From Bacillales bacterium UBA7278 (GTDB taxonomy: Bacteria > Bacillota_I > Bacilli_A > RFN20 > CAG-826): a stretch of DNA of 64,000 nucleotides. Both the position numbers and the translations under genes were made by a program. A model generated the notes under the pieces. That model did not search any database and was not told the DNA's origin. It worked only from the letters and a program-made list of their open reading frames with translations. Position 1 is the first letter of the stretch. Each line of letters starts with the position of its first letter. The stretch spans positions 25,267-89,266 of the forward strand of contig DKRQ01000026.1 of assembly GCA_002472275.1 (NCBI GenBank). The letters are read 5' to 3'. Shown here in pieces: positions 62,244-64,000 of this stretch.

Positions 62244-64000
<1,757 letters not shown>

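Overview
This is a 64-kb chromosomal segment with about 60 protein genes and 2 tRNA genes. I saw no rRNA, CRISPR array, IS element, transposase, integrase or prophage genes. The standard genetic code applies (TGA is a stop, e.g. at glpK). GC looks mid-50s % by eye; I did not compute it. The housekeeping backbone is: a PlsC-like acyltransferase, a GT8 glycosyltransferase, an M18 aminopeptidase, a prs-hpt-upp-apt salvage cluster, an N-domain-less clpB behind a CIRCE operator, flavodoxin, pepF, patatin, ruvX, rdgB, tRNA-Asp/Gly, trxA, pepP, glpK, a compact addB/addA pair, a long nucleoside kinase, a PPi-type phosphofructokinase, and a complete F1Fo operon (atpI-like, B, E, F, H, A, G, D; atpD is cut by the window end). 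A hybrid histidine kinase, an HPt protein and a REC-(degenerate GGDEF)-EAL protein form a phosphorelay. Two regions contain proteins I cannot assign to any family. (1) 3.9-10.5 kb: a run of small helical proteins, a 634-aa coiled-coil/polytopic membrane protein, and two paralogous 4-TM proteins carrying DUF2188-like or 4x YegP/DUF1508-like modules on long P/A/E/K linkers. (2) 28.5-38 kb: two full-length paralogous 1198/1321-aa acidic surface proteins and a 317-aa anchored protein, with a membrane-bound XRE (BcrR-like) regulator between them. An identical 20-bp promoter/operator module precedes both transcription units. Region (2) is my best candidate for an undescribed system. Other sequence-level signals are: many first-in-operon genes with a TAnAAT box 6-9 nt upstream of the ATG and no Shine-Dalgarno (leaderless architecture), a two-carboxylate Na+-type motif in the c subunit, and a lipobox on AtpF. 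Taken together these suggest a wall-less, Mollicutes-like Bacillota lineage (Acholeplasma/RF39-like). That lineage call is inference only.
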